Positions 9,472-18,312 of a stretch of 64,000 nucleotides of DNA are shown one piece after another. The stretch lies in assembly GCA_963705305.1 (NCBI GenBank), contig OY970067.1, forward strand, positions 3,936,001-4,000,000, written 5' to 3'. Position numbers and translations under genes: made by a program. The notes below the pieces were generated by a model, which ran no database searches, had not been told where the DNA came from, and worked only from the letters and a program-made list of their open reading frames with translations. This stretch comes from an uncultured Methylomirabilota bacterium. Its GTDB lineage: Bacteria; Methylomirabilota; Methylomirabilia; Methylomirabilales; 2-02-FULL-66-22. The stretch's first letter is position 1. The number at the start of each line of letters is the position of its first letter.

Positions 9472-10647
9472 ATGGCGCTGGAAGGCACGTTTCGCGACTT
9501 CCATATCGCCGATGTGATGCAGCTGATCGGGCTGCAGCGGAAGACGGGAACCCTGCTTCTGGAGGGAGAGGAGGATTCCCTGACCCTGCTCTTCCAGGAC
9601 GGGGCCATCGTGGCCGCCCAGTCCGCCCGCGCGCCCTGGGAGCAGCGACTGGCCCGCACGCTGGTTCGCAGGGGCCTGTTGACGTCCAGCCACTACGACC
9701 AGGTGCTGGCGGCGCAGCGCGAGACCGGCCACGCGCTCGGGCCCCTGCTTGTGGAACGGGGGCTCGTGCCCGCCAAAGAATGGGAGGCTCTTCAGACCAT
9801 CGAGATAGAGGAAGCGCTCTACCGTCCGTTCCGCTGGCGGACCGGCCGCTACCGCTTCATCTCCCAGGCCGCCGTCGAGATTGCGGGGGGACGGGTGGGG
9901 CCCATCGGCGCCGAGGCCCTCCTGATGGAGGGGCTGCGCCGCGCGGATGAATGGCCGCTGATAGTGGAGCAGGTCCCCGGGGCCGGGGCGGTGTTCCGCC
10001 TGGCGACCCGTGCGGGGAAGCTGCGCCCCAGTCAGATCAGCGAGGCCGAGGTGAAGATGCTGAGCCTGGTGGACGGAAAGTCCACTGTGCAGGAGCTTGT
10101 CGAGGCCAGCGGTCTACGCGAGTTCGAGGCCTGGCAGGGCCTGGCAAACCTGGTGAAGGCGGGAGCCATTCAGGTGGTCGCGCCGGTTCCCGCATCCTCG
10201 CCGGCGGTCGCGCAGGCCGCCCCCCCGCCGCGCCCGGCTCCCGGCCTTGCCCTGGGGGCGTCGCCGCCCTGGGTCGGACGGGCAGCCTGGGGGTTGGCGG
10301 CGCTCTGGCTCCTGTTCGCGGCGCTAGTTTTCCGCGTGGACCCGCTCGGTGTGATTCCGCTGTCGGGCGCTCCGGCGAGATCCTTGAACCAGGTGCGCGT
10401 TCTCCGCGCCCAGCGCGAGCTGACCGAGCTCGTCGGCGCACTGGAGCGATACACCATCCTGACGGGTGTGGTTCCTACCAGCCTGGATGCGCTCGTGGGG
10501 GCGGACGGATCGCTGCTGGACCGCTTGCGGGACCCCTGGGGCCATCTGTACCTGGTGCGTCCGGCCGGAGGGAGTTTCAGCGTATTGAGCACCGGACCGG
10601 ATGGACGCACGGGCACTCCGGACGACGTCATTCTCACCGACGACTGA
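9472..10647 (+). CDS. DUF4388 (PATAN-like) protein with TM helix and C-terminal GspG-like pseudopilin domain
   Basis: MALEGTFRDFHIADVMQLIGLQRKTGTL (DUF4388), LLMEGLRRADEW; C-terminal DPWGHLY...STGPDGRTGTPDDV. Confidence 0.8.
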   Translation: MALEGTFRDFHIADVMQLIGLQRKTGTLLLEGEEDSLTLLFQDGAIVAAQSARAPWEQRLARTLVRRGLLTSSHYDQVLAAQRETGHALGPLLVERGLVPAKEWEALQTIEIEEALYRPFRWRTGRYRFISQAAVEIAGGRVGPIGAEALLMEGLRRADEWPLIVEQVPGAGAVFRLATRAGKLRPSQISEAEVKMLSLVDGKSTVQELVEASGLREFEAWQGLANLVKAGAIQVVAPVPASSPAVAQAAPPPRPAPGLALGASPPWVGRAAWGLAALWLLFAALVFRVDPLGVIPLSGAPARSLNQVRVLRAQRELTELVGALERYTILTGVVPTSLDALVGADGSLLDRLRDPWGHLYLVRPAGGSFSVLSTGPDGRTGTPDDVILTDD

Positions 10648-10674
10648 CGGGTGGCGGGTTGACGGGTGGCGGGT
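10645..10674 (+). repeat. 15-bp tandem direct repeat (x2)
   Basis: TGACGGGTGGCGGGT twice, directly abutting a TTGACA. Confidence 0.9.
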
Positions 10675-10703
10675 TTGACACCCCTCCCTGTGTGTGTTAG
10701 AAA
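10675..10703 (+). promoter_or_regulatory. Putative sigma-70 promoter of degQ operon
   Basis: TTGACA-17 bp-TAGAAA with extended -10 TG. Confidence 0.6.
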
Positions 10704-10744
10704 GGAGCGTCCTGGTCACCCGTCGCGCCCGGGCGGAGGTCCCT

Positions 10745-12211
10745 GTGCGTTTCCGAGCGTCCCGATCGGTATCATACCTCCTCGTCATTCTGGTCGGCAT
10801 GCTCTTGCGGCTCCCCCCGGCGCTGGCCGCTGGCGATGCATCCGGCGTGCTGCAATCGCTCCAGGAGGCATTTGTCCAGGTGGCCCAGGCCGCCAAGCCG
10901 GCCGTCGTCAATGTCGCCACGACACAACATCCCCGGGCGCTTGAGCCTCGCCGCGGCCCCCAGATTCCACCCTCCTTTCGGGGCCCCTTCCGCGAATTCT
11001 TCGGCGAGGACTTCTTCAATCAGTTCTTCGGAGAGCAGCCTCAGCGAGAGCGGCGCAGTCTGGGGTCGGGCGTCATCGTCGACAAACGGGGCTACATCCT
11101 GACGAACAACCATGTCATCGAGCAGGCGGATCAGATCGAGGTGCGTCTGTCGGACAATCGAAAGTTCCAGGCCTCCGTGGTCGGGAAGGATCCCAAAACC
11201 GATCTGGCGGTTATCAAGATCGATGCCGCGGGCGATCTGCCGGTGGCCACGCTCGGCAACTCGGATATGATCCGCACCGGCGAGTGGGCCATCGCCATCG
11301 GAAACCCGTTCGGGCTGGACCAGACCGTGACCGTGGGGGTGATCAGCGGGGTGGGGCGATCCGACGTCGGCATCACGACTTACGAGGATTTCATCCAGAC
11401 CGACGCCTCCATCAATCCCGGAAATTCGGGGGGACCGCTGGTCAACCTGCGGGGGGAGGTGGTGGGGATCAACACCGCCATCGTGGCCACGGGGCAGGGC
11501 ATCGGGTTCGCCATCCCCATCAACATGGCGCGAAGCGTCATGGAGGCACTCATCGCCAAGGGGAAGGTGACCCGGGGATGGCTGGGCATCGGCATCCAGG
11601 AGCTGACGGACAACCTGGCAGCCCAGTTCGGGGTGAAGCCGGGGGACGGGGTGCTGGTGGGGAGCGTCATGAAGGATGGCCCCGCGGAGCGCGGCGGGAT
11701 GAAGGTCGGGGATATCGTGCAGGAATTCGGGGGAACGAAGATCTCCGGCGTCCATCAACTCCAGCGCGAGGTCGCGCAGCGGCCGGCGAATTCTTCCGTT
11801 CTGGTAACGGTCCTGCGGAGCGGGCAGCCCGTGGCGCTTAGCGTCGTTCTGGGCGAGCAGCCCGGGGAGATGACGGCGGGTCGGGCGGTGGGGCCGGAGC
11901 CGAGCCCGGCGCCGGTCGAGCCCGCTCAGCGCTTCGGCTTGCACGTGCAGGACTTGACCCCCGCGCTGCGAACGCAGCCCAAGCAGCCCGCCCTGGAGGG
12001 CATCCTGGTGTCGGGGGTGGAAGATGACGGTCCCGCGGCGCGGGCTGGCATCCGGACTGGGGACGTCATCACCGAGGCGAACCGCACACAGGTGCGGAGC
12101 ACTCGAGACTTTGCCGAGATCCTCAGCCGCCTGCCGGGAGACGCCAATCTCCTGCTGCTGGTGCAGCGGGAGGGCAGCTCCCGTTTCGTTGTGCTGGTCC
12201 CCAAGGGGTGA
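10745..12211 (+). CDS. degQ: Do/DegQ (HtrA) serine endoprotease with two PDZ domains
   Basis: SLGSGVIV, TNNHV, DLAVIKI, IQTDASINPGNSGGPL; GTG 10745 after GGAGG; signal peptide. Confidence 0.93.
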   Translation: MRFRASRSVSYLLVILVGMLLRLPPALAAGDASGVLQSLQEAFVQVAQAAKPAVVNVATTQHPRALEPRRGPQIPPSFRGPFREFFGEDFFNQFFGEQPQRERRSLGSGVIVDKRGYILTNNHVIEQADQIEVRLSDNRKFQASVVGKDPKTDLAVIKIDAAGDLPVATLGNSDMIRTGEWAIAIGNPFGLDQTVTVGVISGVGRSDVGITTYEDFIQTDASINPGNSGGPLVNLRGEVVGINTAIVATGQGIGFAIPINMARSVMEALIAKGKVTRGWLGIGIQELTDNLAAQFGVKPGDGVLVGSVMKDGPAERGGMKVGDIVQEFGGTKISGVHQLQREVAQRPANSSVLVTVLRSGQPVALSVVLGEQPGEMTAGRAVGPEPSPAPVEPAQRFGLHVQDLTPALRTQPKQPALEGILVSGVEDDGPAARAGIRTGDVITEANRTQVRSTRDFAEILSRLPGDANLLLLVQREGSSRFVVLVPKG

Positions 12212-12277
12212 TCGTCGGGACCGTAGCTGCCTCGCCTGTCGCCCCGTCGCGCGTCCCGTTTCCCTCGTGGAGACCTG

Positions 12278-13135
12278 ATGCCTCGGCACACAGGATCGTT
12301 CTATGAGGAAATCAGCGACGATACTCTGGCGGCATACATTCGGCGGATCGTCCGAATTCCGCTCCTCAGCAAGGAGGATGAGCTTCAGCAGGGCACGCTG
12401 ATCCAGCAGGGGGATGAGCGGGCGTTCCGGAAACTCGTCGAGGCCAACCTGCGGTTCGTCGTCAAGGTGGCCATGCGGTACCAGGGGTGTGGCCTGGCCC
12501 TCCTGGACCTCATCAATGAGGGGAATCTCGGCCTGCTCGAGGCGGCACGGCGGTATTCGCCCGATCACGATGTCAAGTTCATCACCTACGCTGTATGGTG
12601 GATCCGGCAGTCCATCATGCAGGCGCTGGCGGCGGGCGGGGGAGCCGTTCGTCTGCCCATCCGGAAGGCGCGTCTGGCGTCGAAGATCCGCGAGGCGCGC
12701 GCGGATCTCACCCAGGAGCAGCAGGAAGAGCCGACGGAAGCGGCATTGGGCGAGGCCCTGGATCTCAAGCCGGGAGAGGTCGAGGATCTGCTGCGAGGGA
12801 TGGGTCCCCAGACCTCCCTGGATGACGAGAGTCATATCGGCGAGCACCTTGACCTCCAGCTGTCGCGGCGGAGCGTGATCCCGCCCGCCGACCAGGAGCT
12901 GATCAGACACGCCTTCCGGGAGGAGATCGAGCGCATCCTCAGCCACCTCAAGCCGCGAGAGCGCGAGGTCATCGAGCTGCGGTTTGGGCTGGGGAAGGAA
13001 GAGCCGCAGACCCTGGAAGAGGTCGGCCGGCGGCTCAAGCTGTCCCGCGAACGCATCCGCCAGATCGAGGAGCGCGCCAAGCAAAAGCTGAAGTCGATGG
13101 CGCGCAGCCGCGAGTTGAGGGAGTTCTTGAGTTGA
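12278..13135 (+). CDS. RNA polymerase sigma-70 factor, RpoD/RpoS-like without region 1.1
   Basis: LVEANLRFVV, DLINEGNLGL, KFITYAVWWIRQSI, TLEEVG..L.LSRERIRQIE. Confidence 0.93.
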   Translation: MPRHTGSFYEEISDDTLAAYIRRIVRIPLLSKEDELQQGTLIQQGDERAFRKLVEANLRFVVKVAMRYQGCGLALLDLINEGNLGLLEAARRYSPDHDVKFITYAVWWIRQSIMQALAAGGGAVRLPIRKARLASKIREARADLTQEQQEEPTEAALGEALDLKPGEVEDLLRGMGPQTSLDDESHIGEHLDLQLSRRSVIPPADQELIRHAFREEIERILSHLKPREREVIELRFGLGKEEPQTLEEVGRRLKLSRERIRQIEERAKQKLKSMARSRELREFLS

Positions 13136-13163
13136 GTGCTAGGGAAAAGGAATCAGGGACGTG

Positions 13164-14165
13164 ATGAGCCAGGGCAGCGCGGCATCCCATTTTTCCCGCG
13201 TGTTGATCGTGGATGATGCCGAGGCCATGCGGCTGGCTCTGGAGGATTGTCTCCGCCTTCAGGGCTACGAGGTCGTGGCGGCCGCCTCGGGCCGCGAGGC
13301 GCTGGACCTTCTGCGGTCGCAGCGCTTCGATCTGTTGCTCACCGACCAGGCCATGCCCGGGCTGTCGGGGTTGGAGCTCACCGAGGCGGTTGCCCGCATC
13401 CATCCCGACATCCCCATCGTCCTGCTCACCGGGCACAGTGATATCGAGCTGGCCAGGGACTCGCTCCGGCGCGGGGCCAGCGACTTCGTCACCAAGCCCG
13501 TCAACATCCGCGAGCTCCCCATCCTGATCGAGCGAAATCTGACCCGCCGCCGCCTCGAGGTGGCGCGCCTGAAGGAGCGGGAGGCCCAGGTGCTATTCGA
13601 AGCCATCAAGGCGCTGGCGTCCGCGGTGGACGCTAAAGATCCGTATACCGCCCGGCATTCGATGCAGGTCACCCGCCTGTCGCTGGCGCTGGCGGATGCG
13701 GTGGCCCTCCCCAGCGATGACCGGTACGTCCTGGAGCTGGCGGCCTGGATGCATGATGTGGGCAAGATCGGCGTGCCGGATCATATTCTCACCAAGCCGG
13801 CCCCCCTGACCCCCAAAGAGCTCGCCGTGATGAAGATCCATCCGGTGAAGGGGGGAGAGATCGTCGGACAGATCGAGGAGCTGGTCTTGGTGGCCGATGT
13901 CATTCGGCACCATCACGAGCGGATCGACGGGGACGGCTACCCGGACGGGCTGCGGGGCGAGGCCATCCCTCTGGCCTCCCGTGTCATCTTCATCGCCGAT
14001 GCCTTCGACGCCATGACCGCCAATCGGAGCTACCGAATGGGTCTGGGGCGGGATTATGCCATGGCGGAGCTGGTTCGGCAGGCCGGCAGCCAGTTCGACC
14101 CGGACCTCGTGAGGGCGTTCGTGAATTCCGTGGACGTTGCCGCGATCCTGGATGGCCTCACCTGA
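13164..14165 (+). CDS. Response regulator with HD-GYP phosphodiesterase domain
   Basis: REC (LIVDD, LLTD, KP) plus AKDPYTARHS, HDVGKIG, HHERIDGDGYPDGL. Confidence 0.92.
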   Translation: MSQGSAASHFSRVLIVDDAEAMRLALEDCLRLQGYEVVAAASGREALDLLRSQRFDLLLTDQAMPGLSGLELTEAVARIHPDIPIVLLTGHSDIELARDSLRRGASDFVTKPVNIRELPILIERNLTRRRLEVARLKEREAQVLFEAIKALASAVDAKDPYTARHSMQVTRLSLALADAVALPSDDRYVLELAAWMHDVGKIGVPDHILTKPAPLTPKELAVMKIHPVKGGEIVGQIEELVLVADVIRHHHERIDGDGYPDGLRGEAIPLASRVIFIADAFDAMTANRSYRMGLGRDYAMAELVRQAGSQFDPDLVRAFVNSVDVAAILDGLT

Positions 14166-14533
14166 CCGTCGCGCCTTCGGCGGTGCGGCTCCTCCTTCGG
14201 TTTGCCCGCGCTTGTCGCCTTCTTGCCGGCTCCATTCCACGTCGAGTCATCGATCCTGGCCGAGCTCTCCGTGCGTCACGCGCCGCCTCCGTCGGCTGCG
14301 GTCCGGGGAAAGCCCTTGGTGCCCTTTGTGTGCTTTGATATACTTTTTCACGGTTGAGGAAGGTGCGGGGACGAAGTGGGAGCGGCTGGCCGAGGAGGAG
14401 TGGGACCTGCCAGACAATTTACGCGAGCAGGCCCGGAGGCCCCGAAGGGGGAGGGCTGTGTTGGGGGACGGTCGGCCAGCCCGGCAGACATTGCCGCCTT
14501 GCCCCGGGACAGGGCGCAGCCGGACGACGGCGC

Positions 14534-14774
14534 CTAGCAGGCCGCTGAAAAAGGCCCATCTGCGGAGACCCGTCCCTCGGACGGGTACCCCGCGCGCTCG
14601 CGCGGCGCTGCGACGTACGTGTGAGTACGCCTCGCGCCTGCACCCATCCTCACGGATGGGTACCCGGCGCGCCGCCTTGCTGTTCGACAGGCTCACGGTC
14701 CCGAGCGAAGTCGAGGGACATCTGGACCTTTTTGAGCAGCCTGGGCGAAGAGGAGTTTTTCAGGATCCTGCTGG
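14534..14774. mobile_element. MITE-like non-autonomous palindromic element with nested REP-like insert
   Basis: Left end CTAGCAGGCCGCTGAAAAA, right end TTTTTCAGGATCCTGCTGG (15/19 inverted match), inner TTTTTGAGCAGCCTG, several internal hairpins; no transposase. Confidence 0.7.
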
Positions 14775-14790
14775 GCTGCGGCGGGGAGGG

Positions 14791-15504
14791 GTGTGCACCG
14801 CGTGGGCGGCCGCCTGTTGGATTCTTCTTTCATGCGTGGCCGGGGAGCCCCGGGCGGCCACGGAGGATCCCTCCCTCATCCAGGCGCGGCGCCAGATGGT
14901 GGTCCAGCAGCTCCGAGGGCGCGATATCCGCGATCCGCGCGTCCTGGAGGCGATGGAAAAGGTCCCGCGCCATCTCTTCGTCAGCCCGTCGCTCGTATCC
15001 CAGGCCTACAGCGACCAACCCCTCCCTATCGGAGAAGGCCAGACCATCTCCCAACCCTACATCGTTGCCCTCATGACACAGCTTCTCGAGCTACGCGGCA
15101 GCGAGCGCGTCTTGGAGGTGGGGACCGGGTCGGGGTACCAGGCGGCCGTGCTGGCCGAGGTGGGGGCGGAAGTCTACACCATCGAGATTCGCCCGGATCT
15201 GGCGGCCAGCGCGGCGCGGCGCTTGCGCGCGCAGGGTTACGGGCGCGTGAGGGTGCGAGCGGGAGACGGATATCAAGGATGGCCGTCGGCAGCCCCCTTC
15301 GATGCGATCCTGGTGACGGCGGGGGCGACCCGCATTCCCCGGTCCCTGATCCGCCAGCTCAAAGAGGGAGGGCGCCTGGTCATCCCCGTGGGGACTCAGC
15401 CGGGCTTCCAGGAGCTGGTGGTGGGCCGGAAGGAGGGAGGATCGCTTGCCACGCGCTCCGTGGCGCCGGTGCGCTTTGTTCCCTTGAAAGAGCCGCCGCC
15501 CTGA
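14791..15504 (+). CDS. pcm: Protein-L-isoaspartate O-methyltransferase
   Basis: VPRHLFV, AY.D.PLPIGEGQTISQPYIVA, VLEVGTGSGYQAA, GDGYQGW..AAPFDAI; GTG 14791 after GGAGG. Confidence 0.93.
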   Translation: MCTAWAAACWILLSCVAGEPRAATEDPSLIQARRQMVVQQLRGRDIRDPRVLEAMEKVPRHLFVSPSLVSQAYSDQPLPIGEGQTISQPYIVALMTQLLELRGSERVLEVGTGSGYQAAVLAEVGAEVYTIEIRPDLAASAARRLRAQGYGRVRVRAGDGYQGWPSAAPFDAILVTAGATRIPRSLIRQLKEGGRLVIPVGTQPGFQELVVGRKEGGSLATRSVAPVRFVPLKEPPP

Positions 15505-15664
15505 GTCCCACGGCCTCGCCGATGGCCGGCGCGCACAGCGAGGCTCCATCCCGGCGCCGCTCCCCGGATGTCACGCCGGTGCGCCGTGCTTCCACAGCGA
15601 TGCGCTGCGATTGCGGCGTCCGCGCGGACCGCGCATATTGTTGCATGCTGTGAGGAGGGGGTCT

Positions 15665-16720
15665 ATGGCCAAGCCGTTCGCCGTGGAACTGGTTGAGGGC
15701 CAGCCGGTCACGGCCTTCTTCCTGATCAAGCACATCCAGCTTCGCCAGCGGCGGACGGGGGAGCGGTATCTGACCCTGGTTCTTGCCGACCGGACCGGCG
15801 AAGTGGCGGCCGTCATGTGGGAGGGCGCGGAAGGGGCGGCGGAAGCGCTGGGGGAAGGGGATATCGTCAAGGTCCAGGGCCTTCTGGGGACCTACCAGCG
15901 CGAGCGACAGATCACCGTCAGCCGATTACGGAAGGCGCTGGCCGAAGAAGTCTGCCCGGAGGATTTCCTGCCGCGCAGCGAATATGATCCGGCGCAGCTC
16001 CTGGACCGGCTTCGAGCGGTTGCCGCCTCCATACGGCAGCCTCACCTGCGTCGCCTGCTGGCCGCCCTGCTGGCAGATGAGCGACTGACTACGGCCCTGG
16101 TCGCCGCCCCGGCGGCCAAGAGCATCCATCATGCATTTCTGGGCGGCCTGCTGGAGCACACCGTCTCGGTCGTGGGCCTCTGCGAGCGGTTGGCCGAATA
16201 TTATCCGGCCCTGGACCGAGACCTCTTGCTGGCCGCGGCGATCCTGCACGATCTAGGGAAGACGCGCGAGTTATGCTGGGAACGGACCTTCGACTACACG
16301 GACGCAGGCCGGCTGCTGGGCCATATTGCGTTGGGCGCATTTCTGGTGGAGGAGCGGATCCGCGCCGTTCCCGACTTCCCAGACGAGCTGGCGCAGCGGC
16401 TGCTACATTGCATCCTCAGCCACCACGGGGAGCTGGAATGGGGATCGCCCAAGCGGCCCAAGACCCTGGAGGCGATCGTCTTGCACCATGCCGAGAATCT
16501 GGACGGCAAGATCAACGGATTCCTCACCTTCGCCCGCCGGTACCCCGATCCCCAGCATCCGGGCTGGACGCAATACAACAAGGCACTGGATCGCTTTCTG
16601 TACTTCGGCCGAGAGACCCCGGAGGGGGAAGAGGAAGCTCTCGACGCCCCTTCCGCCCAGGAGGGGGCCGGAGCAAGTCCGCCGCCCCCGCGAGACGCCC
16701 ATGATCCCGTTGAGGGATAG
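15665..16720 (+). CDS. yhaM: YhaM/Cbf1-family 3'-5' exoribonuclease (OB fold + HD)
   Basis: YLTLVLADRTG, APAAKSIHHAFLGGLLEHT, ILHDLGK, HCILSHHGELEWGSP. Confidence 0.9.
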   Translation: MAKPFAVELVEGQPVTAFFLIKHIQLRQRRTGERYLTLVLADRTGEVAAVMWEGAEGAAEALGEGDIVKVQGLLGTYQRERQITVSRLRKALAEEVCPEDFLPRSEYDPAQLLDRLRAVAASIRQPHLRRLLAALLADERLTTALVAAPAAKSIHHAFLGGLLEHTVSVVGLCERLAEYYPALDRDLLLAAAILHDLGKTRELCWERTFDYTDAGRLLGHIALGAFLVEERIRAVPDFPDELAQRLLHCILSHHGELEWGSPKRPKTLEAIVLHHAENLDGKINGFLTFARRYPDPQHPGWTQYNKALDRFLYFGRETPEGEEEALDAPSAQEGAGASPPPPRDAHDPVEG

Positions 16721-17405
16721 TATCCCCACACGCCGGACGCCGGTGGTGACCTATCTGATCATCGGTCTCAATACGTACGTGTTCTTCAAAGAGTACCTGC
16801 TCGGCGGCTGGGGCAGCCAGCGGTTTATCTTCTATTACGGCCTGATTCCCTGCGGGGTGACCGGAGCCTGCGAGATCGTCGGGCGGGCGTTCAGCTCCGA
16901 ACTCACGCTACTGACCTCGATGTTTGTCCATGCCGGGTTCCTCCATTATGCTGGCAACATGCTGTATCTTTATATCTTCGGCAATAACATCGAGGACTCC
17001 ATGGGGAGGCTCCGCTTCGCGCTGTTTTACCTCATCTCCGGACTGGGGGCCGCCTTCGCGCAGATCCTGGTGAACCCGGCCTCGCGCATCCCGATGGTCG
17101 GGGCCAGCGGCGCCATCTCGGGGGTGCTGGGGGCCTACCTGCTGCTCTTTCCCCGCGCACGCGTGCTGACCCTCATCCCCCTCGGATTTTTTACCCAGCT
17201 CATCGAGATCCCCGCGATGATCGTGTTGGGATTTTGGATCATCGTCCAGATGCTGAACGGCCTTGTGACCTACAATTTCGAGGGGGGCGGCGTGGCGGTA
17301 TTCGCCCATATCGGCGGCTTCTTTGTCGGCATGCTGCTGGTGGGGCTCTTCAAGAGGCGAGGGGTCCCGTGGGGCTGGCAGCGGCGACGGATCTGGATCG
17401 GTTAG
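16701..17405 (+). CDS. Rhomboid intramembrane serine protease
   Basis: MIPLRD start, TSMFVHAG..H..GNM, GASGAISG, AHIGGF. Confidence 0.93.
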   Translation: MIPLRDSIPTRRTPVVTYLIIGLNTYVFFKEYLLGGWGSQRFIFYYGLIPCGVTGACEIVGRAFSSELTLLTSMFVHAGFLHYAGNMLYLYIFGNNIEDSMGRLRFALFYLISGLGAAFAQILVNPASRIPMVGASGAISGVLGAYLLLFPRARVLTLIPLGFFTQLIEIPAMIVLGFWIIVQMLNGLVTYNFEGGGVAVFAHIGGFFVGMLLVGLFKRRGVPWGWQRRRIWIG

Positions 17406-17510
17406 CGGCGTTCGGCATCCTGGTGGCGAGGATTGCGGATCGGGGCCAGCTGCGAGACTCGGCTGGTGTTCCTCGGCCGGACGCGTGCACGGGGAGCAGG
17501 GACGGCGGCT

Positions 17511-17888
17511 ATGGTGCGTCTGACTCGGGAGGATTTCGAAGCGCTGGTATCCCAGGCGGTTGACTCCCTGCCGGCGAGATTTCTTCAACACCTGGAGAAT
17601 GTCGAGATCGTGGTGGAAGATCGCCCGACTGCCGAGGATCTGGAGCTGGCCGGGATCCCCCTGGGGGGAACCCTGCTCGGTCTGTACCACGGGATTCCCC
17701 AGAACCAGCGCGGCAGCTGGTACGGGAATGTTCTCCCGGATAGAGTTGTGATCTACCAGAGGTCGATCGAGGCGATCGCCGGGACAAAGGCGGATGTCCG
17801 TCGCCAGGTTCGTATTACGATCATGCACGAAATTGGACACTACTTCGGCCTTCAGGAAGACGAATTGGCGGATGCGGGATACCAGTGA
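17511..17888 (+). CDS. Zincin-like minimal metallopeptidase
   Basis: LLGLYHGIP, LPDRVVIYQ, HEIGHYFG. Confidence 0.9.
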   Translation: MVRLTREDFEALVSQAVDSLPARFLQHLENVEIVVEDRPTAEDLELAGIPLGGTLLGLYHGIPQNQRGSWYGNVLPDRVVIYQRSIEAIAGTKADVRRQVRITIMHEIGHYFGLQEDELADAGYQ

Positions 17889-18257
17889 GGCCTCTGAAGT
17901 TTCTGGGCTATTTCGAGATTGAGCACGGATTCCTGCCGCAACCCCTCGTGCCGTGCCTGCCTCATCGGAACGCCTTTTGTGATCATCGGCATGAGATAGA
18001 TCCGAATTTTGAGACGAGTTTAAATTTCAAGGCAATAAACTTTTTTATATGATGAATTAGATTCGATTTATTTTATAAGCAGCTGAAAATACAACATAAA
18101 TTATTATAGGATTAACAACGAATCATAACCCGCTGAGAAAAGGGTTGAGAGAGTCCGGTCATGGCCCGACAGCAATGGATGCAGGGGGCTCATGAGAAAT
18201 GGGATTGACGGGACGGAGGTCGGGGTCGCGTCAATGGGCTCCAAGGGGTGCGGCGGG

Positions 18258-18286
18258 TTGACAGGGAACGTTCGTGCCAGTACACT
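18258..18286 (+). promoter_or_regulatory. Putative sigma-70 promoter of threonine synthase
   Basis: TTGACA-17 bp-TACACT. Confidence 0.7.
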
Positions 18287-18312
18287 CCACCGAATCGTGA
18301 CTTCGTTCGAGG

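Noticed and set aside
10772..13084. Long minus-strand ORFs (770 aa here; also 828-2378, 7956-9659, 20317-22095, 22949-24577 and others)
   Set aside because: Antisense shadows of clear + strand genes in high-GC DNA, with no recognisable motifs
14137..14790. 218-aa N-terminal extension of Pcm
   Set aside because: Read-through of intergenic DNA and the MITE-like element; the RBS and GTG at 14791 give a normal-length protein
17995..18130. Replication origin (DUE)
   Set aside because: No TTATCCACA-like DnaA boxes seen and no dnaA/dnaN context
18125..18200. Possible SAM or other riboswitch upstream of thrC
   Set aside because: Lacks SAM-I core motifs and lies upstream of the good TTGACA-17-TACACT promoter, so probably outside the transcript
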